Of a stretch of 64,000 bases of DNA, positions 12,999-25,890 are shown in pieces. Position 1 is the first letter of the stretch; each line of letters opens with the position of its first letter. The notes beneath the pieces were generated by a model, which saw nothing but the letters and a program-made list of their open reading frames with translations, did not search any database and was not told where the DNA came from. Position numbers and translations under genes: made by a program. Source of the DNA: Lama glama (Eukaryota); the NCBI GenBank assembly GCA_028534125.1, contig CM052818.1, positions 3,660,001 through 3,724,000 on the forward strand, written 5' to 3'.

Positions 12999-14727
12999 AG
13001 AAGTTTTTCTTTTTAATAGAGTTACATATATTCATCTTTTCCTTTGTGGTTTCTGCTTTTTGTACCTTGTTTTAATAAGTTATTTTTGTGTAAAGCACTT
13101 GGAAGAGTAACTACACATGGATCTCAAATATTAGCTGAGACTCTTTGTTGTTGGTAAAATTTTTCCTGTCTCTGGTTATCGTGAAGATATGGTTTTGTGT
13201 GTATGTATGTGTGTGTGTGTATACATACCTTTGTGTAATTACCTTTAGATGATACAGTTTCACTTCTAGATATACATTCTAAATGAGTCTTACAAATGTA
13301 CACAAGACAACATGTGAAAGCATGTTCACTGAAATGTCTTAAAATACATTAGAAGTTAAAAGGAGTGAACTCGGTTGGGAGATATCAGTGTGAAAAGGTA
13401 TAAAAGAAAATATTAAGTGATAAAGGAAAACTGAAGGGTTATTTACATATTCTTACATATATACCATTTATGCACATTTTAAATAATACATGAAACAGTT
13501 AAATGTATTTTTGATGGGTATATTCGTAAAATTGATAGAACATTTTGAGAGCCATTTGACCACATCTGCCAAAACTTAAAAATACACAAGCCTCTAGACC
13601 CGGCACTAGGCATTTATTTCATTTATATATTTGCAGAAGTACACTGATACATACTTCACACAAGCCTGTATGCTGCAGGATTGTTAGAAATAGCAGCAAA
13701 CTGGAAACAAGAGAAATAATTTAAGAACTAGCCAAAGACAAATCCATACAAAGCTTATTATGTACCTATTTTAAAAATGGAAGCATTTCTTTATATACTG
13801 ATATGGAAAGACCTTTAAGTTACATTAAATAGAAACAACAAGGTATAGAACAGTGTGTAAATGTAGACTTGTAAATGTAAACATGTACTAGAAGAATATA
13901 CACTAAACCCATGATGCTGGGTGAAAACCTGTGGAAGTGATGGTGGGGAATGGAACTTAGGTTTTACTGATATAAGCTTTATTATATTTTATTTCTTTTG
14001 TTAAAAAAAGATTCAAATTGATATAATTTAACATGTTGATATTTATGTTGTTGCCAGAACTTTAGTGTTTGTTATAGTGTAATTTGAATTAGCTGCGTTT
14101 TTAGTTTTACCAAAGGTAAAGAAAATATAAAACCTGTAAAAACAGGCGTTTGTGAAGATCAGTCTATAACCTTACAAAGTAAAAGAAAAATACAAAAATG
14201 AAACAAATGAAAAGCCAAATTTTTGCTCAGATTTGTAGCACATTTTAGAATTTCCATAAGGCTTACATCTGTATTTAGTATGATTGTCATTTTGAAAACC
14301 ACTGAATTGAGAAATTGAAAACATAACTTAAAGAAGGTGTGCCTTTTTGTCTCAAAGTTTCCATCAAAATCCAGGCAATATCTTTTCTCTGCTACTTTTC
14401 AGTCCTTGAGAAGGATGAAAGTTTACAAATTTATTGGCCAGAAAATTCAAACCCTGACATCGTTAGTAGACCATGTTATTTCAGTATACTCATATTTATC
14501 ACCAAATGATGAGTTGATCAGTGCTGTTTAGTTTTTCTTCAGAGAAGCAAATGAATGATCTTTTCATTTCCTCAAAATCACTTGAAACACTATACCAAGT
14601 CATGTATAATATGCTTTTATTTATTTTTTAATGAGGCATTAAGTTAAAATCATCCTGCTTTAATATTTTTATTTGCATGGATATAAAATTTCTACTATTG
14701 ATATGTTTTATTTGTAATTGTTTCTAG

Positions 14728-14788
14728 GATCTGAAGATGATGACGAAGTTGTGGCAATGATTAAGGAATTGTTAGATACCAGAATACG
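14728..14788 (+). CDS. NFU1: NFU1 exon 6: (G)SEDDDEVVAMIKELLDTRI(R)
   Basis: tttctag acceptor, ACG|GTACGT donor, 61 nt, frame consistent. Confidence 0.96.
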
Positions 14789-14989
14789 GTACGTGCTCAT
14801 CTTTCTACCTGGGATCAGATACACTACAGAGCCAGTTTTCACTGTAGCAATATACTTTAGGTTGTCTGTGAGGTTGTAGTAGAGTTCCAAAATAAGCATA
14901 GGTTTACATAAACCAAAATAGATAACCATGACAATTAAATTTAGAGCCTGTACATTTTCTATATTCACTCAAAAGTTTAAAACACTCTT

Positions 14990-15192
14990 GGGGGAGGGCA
15001 TAGCTCAGTGGTAGAGTGCCTGCTTGCTTAGTATGCATGAGGTCCTGGGTTCATCCCCAGTACCTCCATTAAAATAAATGGATAAACCTAATTTCCTCCC
15101 CCCTAAAAATAAAATAAAATAAAATAAAATAAAATAAAATAAAATAAAATAAAATAAAATAAAATAAAATAAAAAAATGAATAAAATAAAAT
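14990..15192 (+). mobile_element. Camelid tRNA-derived SINE (Vic-1-like) with (AAAAT)n tail
   Basis: GGGGGAGGGCATAGCTCAGTGGTAGAG...GGTTCATCCCC; TSD AACACTCT. Confidence 0.9.
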
Positions 15193-17249
15193 AACACTCT
15201 GTCTAAGTATCATCAGTAATTCATCTTTCATGGTCACCATTTGTGCTTGGTATTGTTACAATACCAAATTTCTTAGAAAGAAAAATAATGACTTAACAGT
15301 GTTTAGGAGAATTATGAGGAGAGAAGGCATACCTGTTTTCAGGCTGCTGCCCCAAAAGAATAAATTTAAACAAGTAGAGTACTGTAAGCTTCCACTTTTG
15401 CTTATAGCAGACCAGTGGTCCTGTGAGAACTCCCGGAAAAGCTAGGTAAAATACAGAAAACCTTTTTCTTTAAATTTTGTCTTGTTTGAAGGTGTTAGAT
15501 GGCCGCCAAAGCAAATAAGATCCTGTAGAGAAGGGAAGCCCATGGAAGCTTCCCTTGGGGCATTTGCTGATTCTTGGTGTGAGGCTGGACTATGAGAAGC
15601 TGGGCAGAGGGCAGCCACTTAAGAATCAGAAACCGTGTAGCTTTCAGCAAGCTATTGAGATGGGAAGAAAAATTACAATTCTGGGTTATCAATGAAGCTT
15701 GGACTTGAAGGGTCATGATCCCAGAGAAAAGTTAAGAAAAAAATGTCTAAACACTCAGAGGTTCTCCCCATTTGCTTATTCTTAGCTGTGGAGGGGAAGA
15801 GACAAAGAAGTCAAACAAAAGGCAATTAAAAGGCTGAACAGAGTTTTGCTGGCAGTTTTATGGTGCTGGGGGTGACAAAAATTAGAGTTTAGGACCTGTC
15901 AAAGAGGGCCAAGGAATATCCAGGCTCCCAGTTGTGCTCTCTGGAAGATGGTACCCTTGAAAACAGACACACCAGAGGTGGACCAGGCCTTACAGAACTG
16001 TAGTCCAGTACTGAGTGGGCCTAATTCCGCAGTGGACTGACCTACTGCCAGAAGATAGGATGGATTCTTTCTGATGTAATACAATCCCGGGTCACTTCAG
16101 TTTTTCATACATCATTGAGTCAAAAATTACCAGGCATTCCTAGATACCGGACCAAGAGAAAATGAAACAAATCCATAGATAACCTAGGTGTGAGAGTTAA
16201 CAGATATGAGCTTTAAAATAACTGACTAGAATGTTTGGGAAAATAGAAAACAAGGTGAAGAATTTCATCAGAGAACTGGAATCCATACAAAAAGAAAAAG
16301 TAATTCTGAAACTAAAATATATAATAGGTAAACATAAGGTCATCAGGTTAGTTGACCATCACCCTGAACACTGTTGGAGAGAAGATTAGTCTACTGGAAT
16401 ATATAGGCCAATAGAAAATATCCAGCTGAAGTACAGAAACAAGAATGGAAAACACAGGGAAAAAGTAGAAGAGACATAAAATATGTGGCAAAAAAAGTCT
16501 TAACAGTGTTCTTAGATTGGATAAATTCTGGCATATTCACTTAGTGGAATACTGCACAGCAGTGAGACTGAATGCACCTGCCACAATGTAGATGAATCTC
16601 ACAAAGAGCAAAAGAAGCTAGATACAAAAGAGTAAATACTGTATGTTTTCTGAATGGTATTTGTATTTATAAAACGTTGAAAAAAAAAAACCAGGTAGAA
16701 TTAATCAATGGTGATAGCAGTTGGGATAATGGTTACTTTTGGTTGGGAGGAGTGATAAGCAGGAAGTACAAGGGGACTTACAGGGTCCTAGTGTTCTGTT
16801 TCTTGGCCTAGAACAAATGTATGTTCACTCTGTGAAAATTCCTTGAATTGATCCTACATGATTTATGCATCTTTCTGTATATTACATTTCAATGAAAAGT
16901 TTACCTGGAAACAAACACCAGTATGTCTCAGTCTTCCTTTGTTCACTTAAAAGGATGAATGAGTATATCTTCAGTAACCAGTATAATTATTAGGAAATTT
17001 GAAATCTTAAATGCTTCAAAAGATTACTAATAAGCAAGATTGAAATGCAATAAGCAGAGCAAATATTTCTATGAATGAATTTTGGCATCTCATCTGAAAG
17101 TTAAAAAAAATTACAAATGAGACTAGCTACAGTTATTTTCTATTCTAAAAGTAGCTCTAACTTTGTGAATTTTGATAATATAAAATCCAAGCTCTGAGTT
17201 GTATTAAATTTTTTGAATGAAAGCTTCTGTTCTCTTAAACATGTCATAA

Positions 17250-17465
<216 letters not shown>

Positions 17466-19368
17466 TAGATTTTAAATTAAAATGAATTTTGGGAAAGACA
17501 AGGGATTCATGACCTGACATTTTCTTCAAGGGACATATCGTTGTATTACCATTGTTATCAGACTTGAAGACTCCTTATATAAGAATTAACTGTAGTGTTA
17601 TGAATTACCTACTATGTGCCCAGCATTTTTACAGGTATCACTTCATTTATCTTCTAACAACACAGTGTATTAAGTAAGTCATTTCCATTGCACATGGGAA
17701 AATGAGAGTCAGAGGGCATACCACTGTTCTGATTGTAGAAAAATTATGAAAGGGGGATTCAAAACATCATGGAATTTTATAGATGAGATTTAGAAGTCTT
17801 TAGTGGAAGAGCTCTGCTGCTTCATATTTATCCACATCTTGTTCTTAGACATGCAGGCAAGAAGCTCATCAAGAAATCATACTTTGCTGTACAATAAAAC
17901 AGATTACTGAGTAAAGGTGTAGAGCTTTAGCTATAGCTTGATGTCAACATATTTTCTGCCCCAACATTCCTAAGGAGTATAGCACAACACATTCTCAGCA
18001 GTAATAGCGGCTCTCACTGCAGAAAACTCAACCAAGGGGCATGGCCTTAGAAATTATCAAGGAAGGAAAGAGTGTATGGAAATTAGAAATTTGAACAAAC
18101 TGTTCTGGTAATTCTGTACCTTTAAAGAGAGAGCATCTCTGCTCAGCTCCTTTGAGACTCACTCATCCCTCAGTACATTAAAATCTTTTTGGTACAATAC
18201 ATGCCATCTCCTTTTTGAAGTTCTTATCAATCTTTCACTTGGAATTAAGCTCTTTTTTCGTGCAAAGCTTCTGTATTTCTGTTTCAGCTTTTTGTTTATG
18301 AGAGAATTCTAATCATACCTAGGTATTTGTGTTCTTCTTTAGGAATATTTTGCCCAAAATAGAAATTGATTGACAAAATTCTTTGGATTGGATATTGCTG
18401 AGATTAGATATAAAAATGTCAATTCCTTGAAAGTAAATGTCCATTTTTACTCAATCCGAAAGAAACTGTGAAAGAATTGTTTTTCAACTGAGTGCCTCAG
18501 ATCAGAACCAGATTCATTTAGGTTGTTTTAAAATTAATTTTTGTCCCATTATCCTCTAAATGCCTTTTTAAAAAATTACATTAGTTAACACTTTGGTGGA
18601 TTGACAAAGGAATATTTTCATTCATTTGTCCAGGGTGAGGTGATGAATTGGCAGCCAGATTATAAACCTGAATTGGCATTTAATTATAGTAGGTGTGGTG
18701 AAGAGAAAAAAAGTCTTCGATTTAACTCTTTTCCTTTCTAAAAGTCTTTATTATCTGAGTAATATATTAACTCATGAAAAGGTATTAATCTTTCCATTTT
18801 TTTTCTTCAAATATTCATTAGTATTTTTCCTATTAGAAATGAAAATTTTCATATTTTTCTAAAGTTTAAAATGAACTTTTATCTGAGTAAGACCAAAATA
18901 ATTAGTTTCTAGTATAATAATTTGTTTCTTTACCTTTTTAAGGGATTCATTTTTTTCTAACATATATTTTTACAATAACAGCTTGGTATGGCTCCCTAGA
19001 ATATATTTAAGGAAATAAGATGCTTTTGGAAAAAAAAGCAAAAAAAGTTGATTATCTTAGTCATCCGGCTAGGAATACGAGTTAATCATTATGATATTCT
19101 CTGTCCAACTGCAACTGCTATTGGAAGCCTCTTCTGGGACAAGAAAAAGAGACCAATGCTTAATTAATTTGCTAATATTCAATTTGCTTTTATGTTCTTG
19201 GAATATCAGGTTATGATGCAAACTTTGTGCTTTGGGGGCTGTTGATAGATTTATTCTTATTAGATTGACATGCATTGTTATAGAGTAGTGTCTTTCAGGT
19301 AAGCAAGTAATATTAAAATCAGAAAAATAGCAATTTCTGATCCTTTTCTCAATTATTAAGTTCTCTTT

Positions 19369-19402
19369 GGTTTTGTTTGTTTGTTTGTTTGTTTGTTTGT
19401 TT
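19369..19402. repeat. (GTTT)n microsatellite forming the polypyrimidine tract of the last NFU1 exon
   Basis: Directly visible tandem GTTT units abutting CAG. Confidence 0.9.
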
Positions 19403-19405
19403 CAG

Positions 19406-19450
19406 GTTATGGATGATGAATCAGATGAAAAGGAAGCAAACTCACCTTAA
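19406..19450 (+). CDS. NFU1: NFU1 terminal coding exon: VMDDESDEKEANSP*
   Basis: ttcag acceptor after (GTTT)n tract; TAA at 19448-19450; matches the NFU1 C-terminus. Confidence 0.96.
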   Translation, partial: VMDDESDEKEANSP

Positions 19451-19542
19451 AATAATTTGAGTTTCCTTTGGGCCCAGCAGTCAGACTTGTTGGTAATACA
19501 TACTAAGCTTTTATTATTAATCTGCTGAGGAACTTGAAGATT

Positions 19543-19548
19543 AATAAA
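19543..19548 (+). terminator. Likely NFU1 polyadenylation signal AATAAA (a second candidate at 19898-19903)
   Basis: AATAAA ~93 nt after the stop codon, followed by T-rich sequence. Confidence 0.65.
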
Positions 19549-21499
19549 ATACGCGCTTTCTTCAGAGAATGATATATAAATACTGCATCTTTGCTTTACC
19601 TCATATGAGTTATTTATAACATCCTGAATCATCCTCTGTACACATGGATTTTATCCAGGGATATTTTTATTTTTGTTCTTCATTTCTCACGGTTCCTTTT
19701 TTGCATAATGTGTGAAGCAGTTCAAAGTCAACCACCCATCTAATGTATTTACTTTTTTTATACAGAAGTAAATAGGAAGAATGCTTTATTTGTATTTTTA
19801 TTTTATTCTTTGGGGATATTCTATTTTATTCACATTTAAATTTCACTATCAAACACGAAACTCGAAGTATGTACTGGCCCTATGTTCAGAGTTTTGAAAT
19901 AAAGATAAATGGACAGACATCTTTAAGGGTTCAATGTATTAAACACCACACAATATATTCAACAACTAGAAAAAAATCTAAGGGGCGGTATAACTATATA
20001 AACCATTATACATTTAGTAGCACAAGTATAGGAACAAGCCCTGCAAATTGAAGAAAAACCTGTTTAGGACAGAGAGGTCCTTGGGTGCTGACAGAATCTC
20101 CCCCTGACTTCAGACAAACCAAGAAGCCTGTCAGTATACAAAACCCACTGAATTCTGGACCAACAGTAGCAACAGGATATTAAGGAATTGGCTCTTGCCA
20201 GTTGGGGTCATTGGGGGCAGCCTGAAGCAAACAGGGCTGGCTGTAGGCAGGAAATGTTGCAGGATCTGCAGATTAGAACAGCAGTCCGGAGACAGAATGG
20301 TTAGTGCAGTCTTCAGAAATTCCCAGGTTCTCCAGACAAGTTCCTAGGATGATTTCCCCAAATGGGGCAGGAGGAGGGCAGGTAGAGAATGCTTTTTACA
20401 ATATTCTAAAATGGACTAAAATAAATAAATAAAATAAAATAAAATAAAATAAAATAATGAACTAGCTTTTTGTGAGATGTTTGAAACTATTTATACTGAA
20501 ATTTTACCTTGTTGAAAAGAAAAAAAAATTAAACAGTTTTAGTTTTTAAATGGTCTCTGGCTAGTAACCCCTAATGTGATAACGCATACCTTCTCACTGA
20601 AAGACACCCCCCCCCGAAAAAAACACATAATGCTGAAAACTGGTAAAGAACCAAGTTCCAAAATGTATACAGAATTTCTGTTGATTACAAGACAGAGCAG
20701 GCTGAATTGAGAAAAGCTGCCTTAGCGTGCTCAGGCTTTACCTTGTGATAGAAAATCTCTTAAAAAAAAAAAAAGAAAGAAAGATGTAAAACTACTTTTT
20801 CTACTGGCCTCTGACTCAGAGATCTATAGACCATGTCAGAAATTTGGACAGTTCTCTCTCTACCATAGGGGAACAGATACCCCAAATAGCAAAATATCCT
20901 TCTCTCTCATTTTTCTATAGTAATTCAGAAACAACAGTTCACAGACAAGATAAGGAAAAGAAAGGTACATTGTATCTTTGGAATTCTGTTCCCCAAAGGT
21001 ACTGAGATTAAGATAGGGCTGGGAGCAGAAAGAACTCCAGCAGTTGTGAATGCTGGGAAAAGACGTTCTTGTTTCTGTCCTTTTGGTTCACAGAACCAGG
21101 CAGTGGGGTTGGAGAATTTGTTTCCTGAACAGTTATGGGTGAATTCAGGTTAGACTCCAGGAACTGCTTTGTAAGCCAGGCACATTAACCTGCCCTTTCA
21201 CTGAAGCTACAGGAAATTGATGAGATTGTGGAAGAGATGCAGTTAATGGCGAATCTTGGATCTGGCCATGAAGTGAGTGGCTGAGGTGGGTGGTGAATTA
21301 GATTATTGGAAGAGAGGAAATCATGGAACTGAGAGGCCAAGTTATTGGCAAACTTTTCTACAAAAGGGAGCAGCCATGAAGAACAAGGAGGAAGGGTGAA
21401 GAAGAACATTCTAGGCATACAGAGCAATGTAAGCAGAATCTGGAAGCTGTCAACTGTTTCTGGGAACTGCAAGAAGCTAAGTGTGACTTGAGCGTAAAG

Positions 21500-22110
21500 T
21501 GGAAGGACTTAGCCGAAAATGGCAGTGCTTAGGGGGAGAGAAACTGGCTTGCCTCCCAAACTTCTCACTGCCTCCCTGCTTCTCACTGACAGAGGCCCTC
21601 TCAGTTATGTTCGGTTGCGATATCCCCTGGGAAGGTAGGTCCCACCTCAACCCCAGGGGGGATAAATTATGACTACTCTAACTCAGGCACTTCACCTCCT
21701 TTTTTCTTTGCCAGTTAGTTTAGGTATGGACATGAGACCCAACTCTGGCCAATAGGCTGTTAAGAGAAAGTCTATCGGCGAGTTCTGGAAAGGTTTTCTT
21801 CATTCACTAAGAGAGAAGTGAGTTTATGCAAGGAAGGGTCTTTTCCTAAACATTCCTTTCCTTCCTGCTTAGTACATTATAGAATGAAGACTTTGTGTCC
21901 AATGCTGTGATAATCAACTTGTGATCACGAAAAGCCAGTTCACTAAGAATGACACAGAGGAAGGGGGAAGGGAGGGACCTGGATTTTTGAGGACGTATTG
22001 GCCTTTGAGCCAGACCAGGGCCCACCCATTTTCAGAGGATTATGTGAAATAAAAGGTTTTCTTATTACAGCTCCGTTGTCAGGTATTCTGCCATTTGAAG
22101 CTGATTGCCT
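21500..22110. mobile_element. Ancient ERVL-type LTR (LTR16-like)
   Basis: Motifs such as ggacatgagacccaactctggccaat recalled from the LTR16 family; boundaries approximate. Confidence 0.5.
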
Positions 22111-22159
22111 TTCTTTTTTTGTAACTTCTTTATTTCTAGGCTTGAGGAATGAATATTCC

Positions 22160-22268
22160 TTTTGTCGGGGGATAATTAGGTTTATTTGTCTAATGGAGAT
22201 ACTGGAGGTTGAACCCAGGCCTCGTGCATGCTGAGCATGCTCTCTAACCACTGAGATACCCTCCCCCC
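22160..22268 (-). mobile_element. Camelid tRNA-derived SINE (Vic-1-like)
   Basis: Same consensus; TSD-like AAGCTGATTGCCTTTCT/AAGCTGGTTTCTTTCT. Confidence 0.85.
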
Positions 22269-23312
22269 TTAAGCTGGTTTCTTTCTAACAGACAGAAAGC
22301 CTGGTAAATCATAGAGGACTTGGTGAATAATTTTACTGCTTTTTTTTACCCCTTGTTTTCTTTTTTGTTGGGGTTAAATCAGTCAATATTTTAATTGGTC
22401 ATAGGAGTATTGAGAGACCAGTGGAAGAGAAATGAAGTGGTATGAATTTTAGTCCTCTGTTTTCTAATAATTGACTGAGTCATTTGGGAGATGTTTTCTA
22501 ACTATTCTAGGCCAGGGATTGGCAAGTTTTTTCTATAAGGACTAGGCAGTAAATAGTTTAGAAAGGAGCTGGATTTGGCCATAATTTTCCAGTCCCTGTT
22601 CTTGGCAATGATTCTCAACATTTATGAAATGGAAGATGCAGGCTAGATCATGTGACCCCAAAGGAGTTCATGGATGATACTTAATGGTAATCTACCAATC
22701 CTCTAATGTGTACAAAAATCTGAGTTTTTGTAAATATATGCTTTTTTTAATGGGAAAGTAGTTCCACAGATTTCATTAGATTTTCAAAGTGGTCCAAAAC
22801 CCAATTAAGGTTAAATACAGTGGGACTAGCTGATTTTTCTTTAATTTATTTTTTTATTGCTGCATTGTTGATTTACAATATTGTGTTGGTTTCAGGTATA
22901 TACTGCTGTTTTACTTGTGGCAGACAGTGCCACATGTTAATCATAATAACAACAAATTACCAGAATAACAACAAATTAACATTTATAAATTAGTTGAACC
23001 ACTATTTCAATCAAGGTGGCTTAGGTGTAGTTTACTTAGGTAATATTTTAAATTTTGGATGTTTTAAGTTACACCTAATTTCCTCCCATTTAGCCCCAAA
23101 AGAAGAAATCATTCACTGTTAATTGTGTTTCACTAAAATAAAAATAAAAATTAACCGCCAAAAATGAATAAAATATTTTTATGTGAAATATTCTTGAAAA
23201 CATTTTATAAATATGGGACACTTCAGTGTGTACTTGAAACCGAGATTATTGTCCAGGAGTCAGCAAAGCACCTGGAGGAGGGCTTTTTACTAACCAAAAT
23301 TAGGATGAAGCC

Positions 23313-23839
23313 TGTCAGGGAGGGGGTAATTTCCCCCTCAACCCCTCTTGAGTTTTCGTGATCAGACTAGTAATAAAATTGACACAAGACAGATTAACAG
23401 AGAAAAAGAAACAACTTAAAATCTTGCACACGGAGGTCTCTTAGCAATGGGACATGTAAGTTGTCAAAGCAGTTAGCTTTTATATTTCAGACAATTAAGT
23501 TGACAGGAATTGACAGAAGAAAGAAACTTAGGTTTGAGTGTTTAATTTTTAAGGAATTTAAGCAAAGTTTGGGCTTCGGTAGCAAATTAGTAAAGAAGTA
23601 ACAAGGTTTGTTTATATAGAGGTTTCTTGGCCTGAATTCCCAGTCTCTGGTTGTAAGATGTCTTTTTACCTCCTAGTACAGGGAGGGCACCTATCACATG
23701 GGAGATTTACTTCCAGCTTCCAGGGAGACGGGAGGGTCAAAGAATTCCTCTATAATGGCCATTTCTTAAATAACTTTAATTCAAAATAGTCAATATGCTA
23801 TTGAGGCAGATTTTGGGTTGCCTGCCCTGAGCCCTAACA
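23313..23839. mobile_element. Solo ERV LTR (ERV1-like)
   Basis: TG...CA termini, imperfect terminal inverted repeat (TGTCAGGG/CCCTAACA), 4-bp TSD AGCC. Confidence 0.78.
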
Positions 23840-25316
23840 AGCCATCTATAGAATGATAATGAGCAAACTGTATAAAAACAGCAAGCTTGCATGGAGTGTT
23901 CACTATGTGACACTGTTCTAAGCGCCTTGTATTTATGAAGTCATTTCATCCTGTGAGATCGGTAACTATTATTGTCCCCATGAGGCACAGAGAGGAGAAG
24001 TACATACACATTACACTGCCACGCAACTTAAGTGGAAAAGCCAAGAACGTGAACCCTGGCATTCTGGCTGCAGGACCTATGCACGTTGCTACTAGACTAT
24101 TTTGCCTTTAGAGAGTTGGATCCACATACCTTTCCTGAATATGCCTACCTCAGGGAAGGGAAAAGCATTCCTTGTCTTTATAGGTGCTGCTTTCTAATGA
24201 ACAAAAGTCTTTTCCATCTTTTACTTGCTCCAAACCATAATGGGCCAAAGCAGTGCGTATGTATCCATTTTTTTTTTAATGCAGGAATATAAAGCTAGTT
24301 GTTCTCCAGTCTGGTGAGAATTTACATCCCTTGGGAAACTTCAGCTTCATACTCTGCTTCCCAACATCAGTATTATCAATGGTAACTCCGCCCAGGGCTT
24401 GCAGTCTGCAGAGCTGACTTCTGTACGCCCTGAAAGAAGCTCTAGAAAATAGTAATTTTTCTGTCACTTTATATTTCTAGTCATCTTTCAGCTCTAGGCA
24501 GCTCCCTGAATGGGCCACCTCTGTTTTGGCTCTGACACCATCCTACAGGACAGAAATAGTAGATGGGACCAGTTAATCTCATGGTTGCCAATTTGTTGAC
24601 AATTTCTTGGCAATAGAGTGAGTTTCTTTCTAGCAGAGCTAGAATACTCTGCCGACTGAGAAAATTTGCAGCCACCCTGGAGAGGAGTATTGGGGAATGT
24701 ATTCTTTCAAGTTGGAGTCAGCACCCGTGGTTCTCAAGTCTGAGGTTTCTTCACGGGGCAGACAAGGCCATGTTCACCTGATGTAGTGGACATCTGTTTG
24801 TATCTTCTTGCTATTGTTTCTTTCTTCTGTTAGCGACACCTTCCCCTCTCCTTTGAAAAACTACTACCTCTTCCTGACTCTGTGGCTCTGGTGGAACTGT
24901 CCAAGCACAGTGTGTTACACTCTTTGCCACAGAAGTGGGGCTTATGACTCACATTAGATCTATCAGAATCCTTGCTTAGAGTATAAAAAGTGAGGATGGA
25001 GGAAAAGCCTCTCTCCCCTTGAACTGCAAGCTGTAAAGATGTGATTCCAGAGCTGTATGAGGTTCATTTCCCTGTCCATGAGTCAGAAAGGGAATCAAAG
25101 AGAGTTCTGACAACACCACGTGTGTCCCTGGGTATAGAAGTATCTGAAGCTGTTCGTATCTCTGTCCCTTCCAATTACATTAGCTAATAAATCCCCATCT
25201 TCAGATAGTTTGAGTGGATTTCTATTATTTGTCACTGAAAGCACTATTCTCTAAAAGTTTACAATAAATGCATATATTCCACATTGAGGAAACCAAGAAG
25301 ATCAACCTTAGGTTGA

Positions 25317-25890
25317 TGTGTTAGGGTTCTCTAGAGAAATAGAACTACTAGAAAATACATATATATAGAGAGAGAGATTTTAAGGAATTGGCTCATGCAA
25401 TCATGGAGGCTACCAATTCCAAAATCTGCAGGATGGGCTGTCAGGGTGGAGACAGGGAAGAGCTGATACTGCAGCCCAAGTCCAGTTCTGCTGAGGAATT
25501 CCTTCTAGCTCTGGGGAGGTCAGTCTTCTGTTCTATTCAGGCTTTTAGCTGACTGGATGAGGCCCACCCATATTATGTTTGTTTTCTTTCTTTTTTTTTT
25601 TTTTTGGTGGAGGGGGAAGATAATCAGGTTTATTTTTTTTTTAATGGAGGTACTGGGAATTGAACCCAGGACCCTGTGCATGCTAAGCGTGCACTCTACC
25701 ACTGAGCTATACCCTCCCCTCTGCTCACACATTATGGAGGACAATGTCCACTTCATAATGTCCACTCTACTCAAAGTCCACCAATTTAAATGTTAATCTT
25801 ATCCAAAAGCACCCTCACAGAAACATCCAGAATATAATATTTGACCAAATATCTGAGAACCCGTGTAGTCAAGTTGACACATAAAATAAT
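25317..25890. mobile_element. MLT2-family ERVL LTR (interrupted by a SINE)
   Basis: ttagggttctctagagaaatagaac...ggaattggctcatgcaatcatggaggct...gttgacacataaaat. Confidence 0.8.
25577..25720 (-). mobile_element. Camelid SINE inserted into an MLT2 LTR
   Basis: Same consensus; TSD-like CACCCATATTATG/CACACATTATG. Confidence 0.88.

Noticed and set aside
14990..15065. tRNA-like sequences with A/B boxes (11 copies)
   Set aside because: SINE heads with tails and TSDs, not tRNA genes; dispersed, so not a CRISPR-like array.
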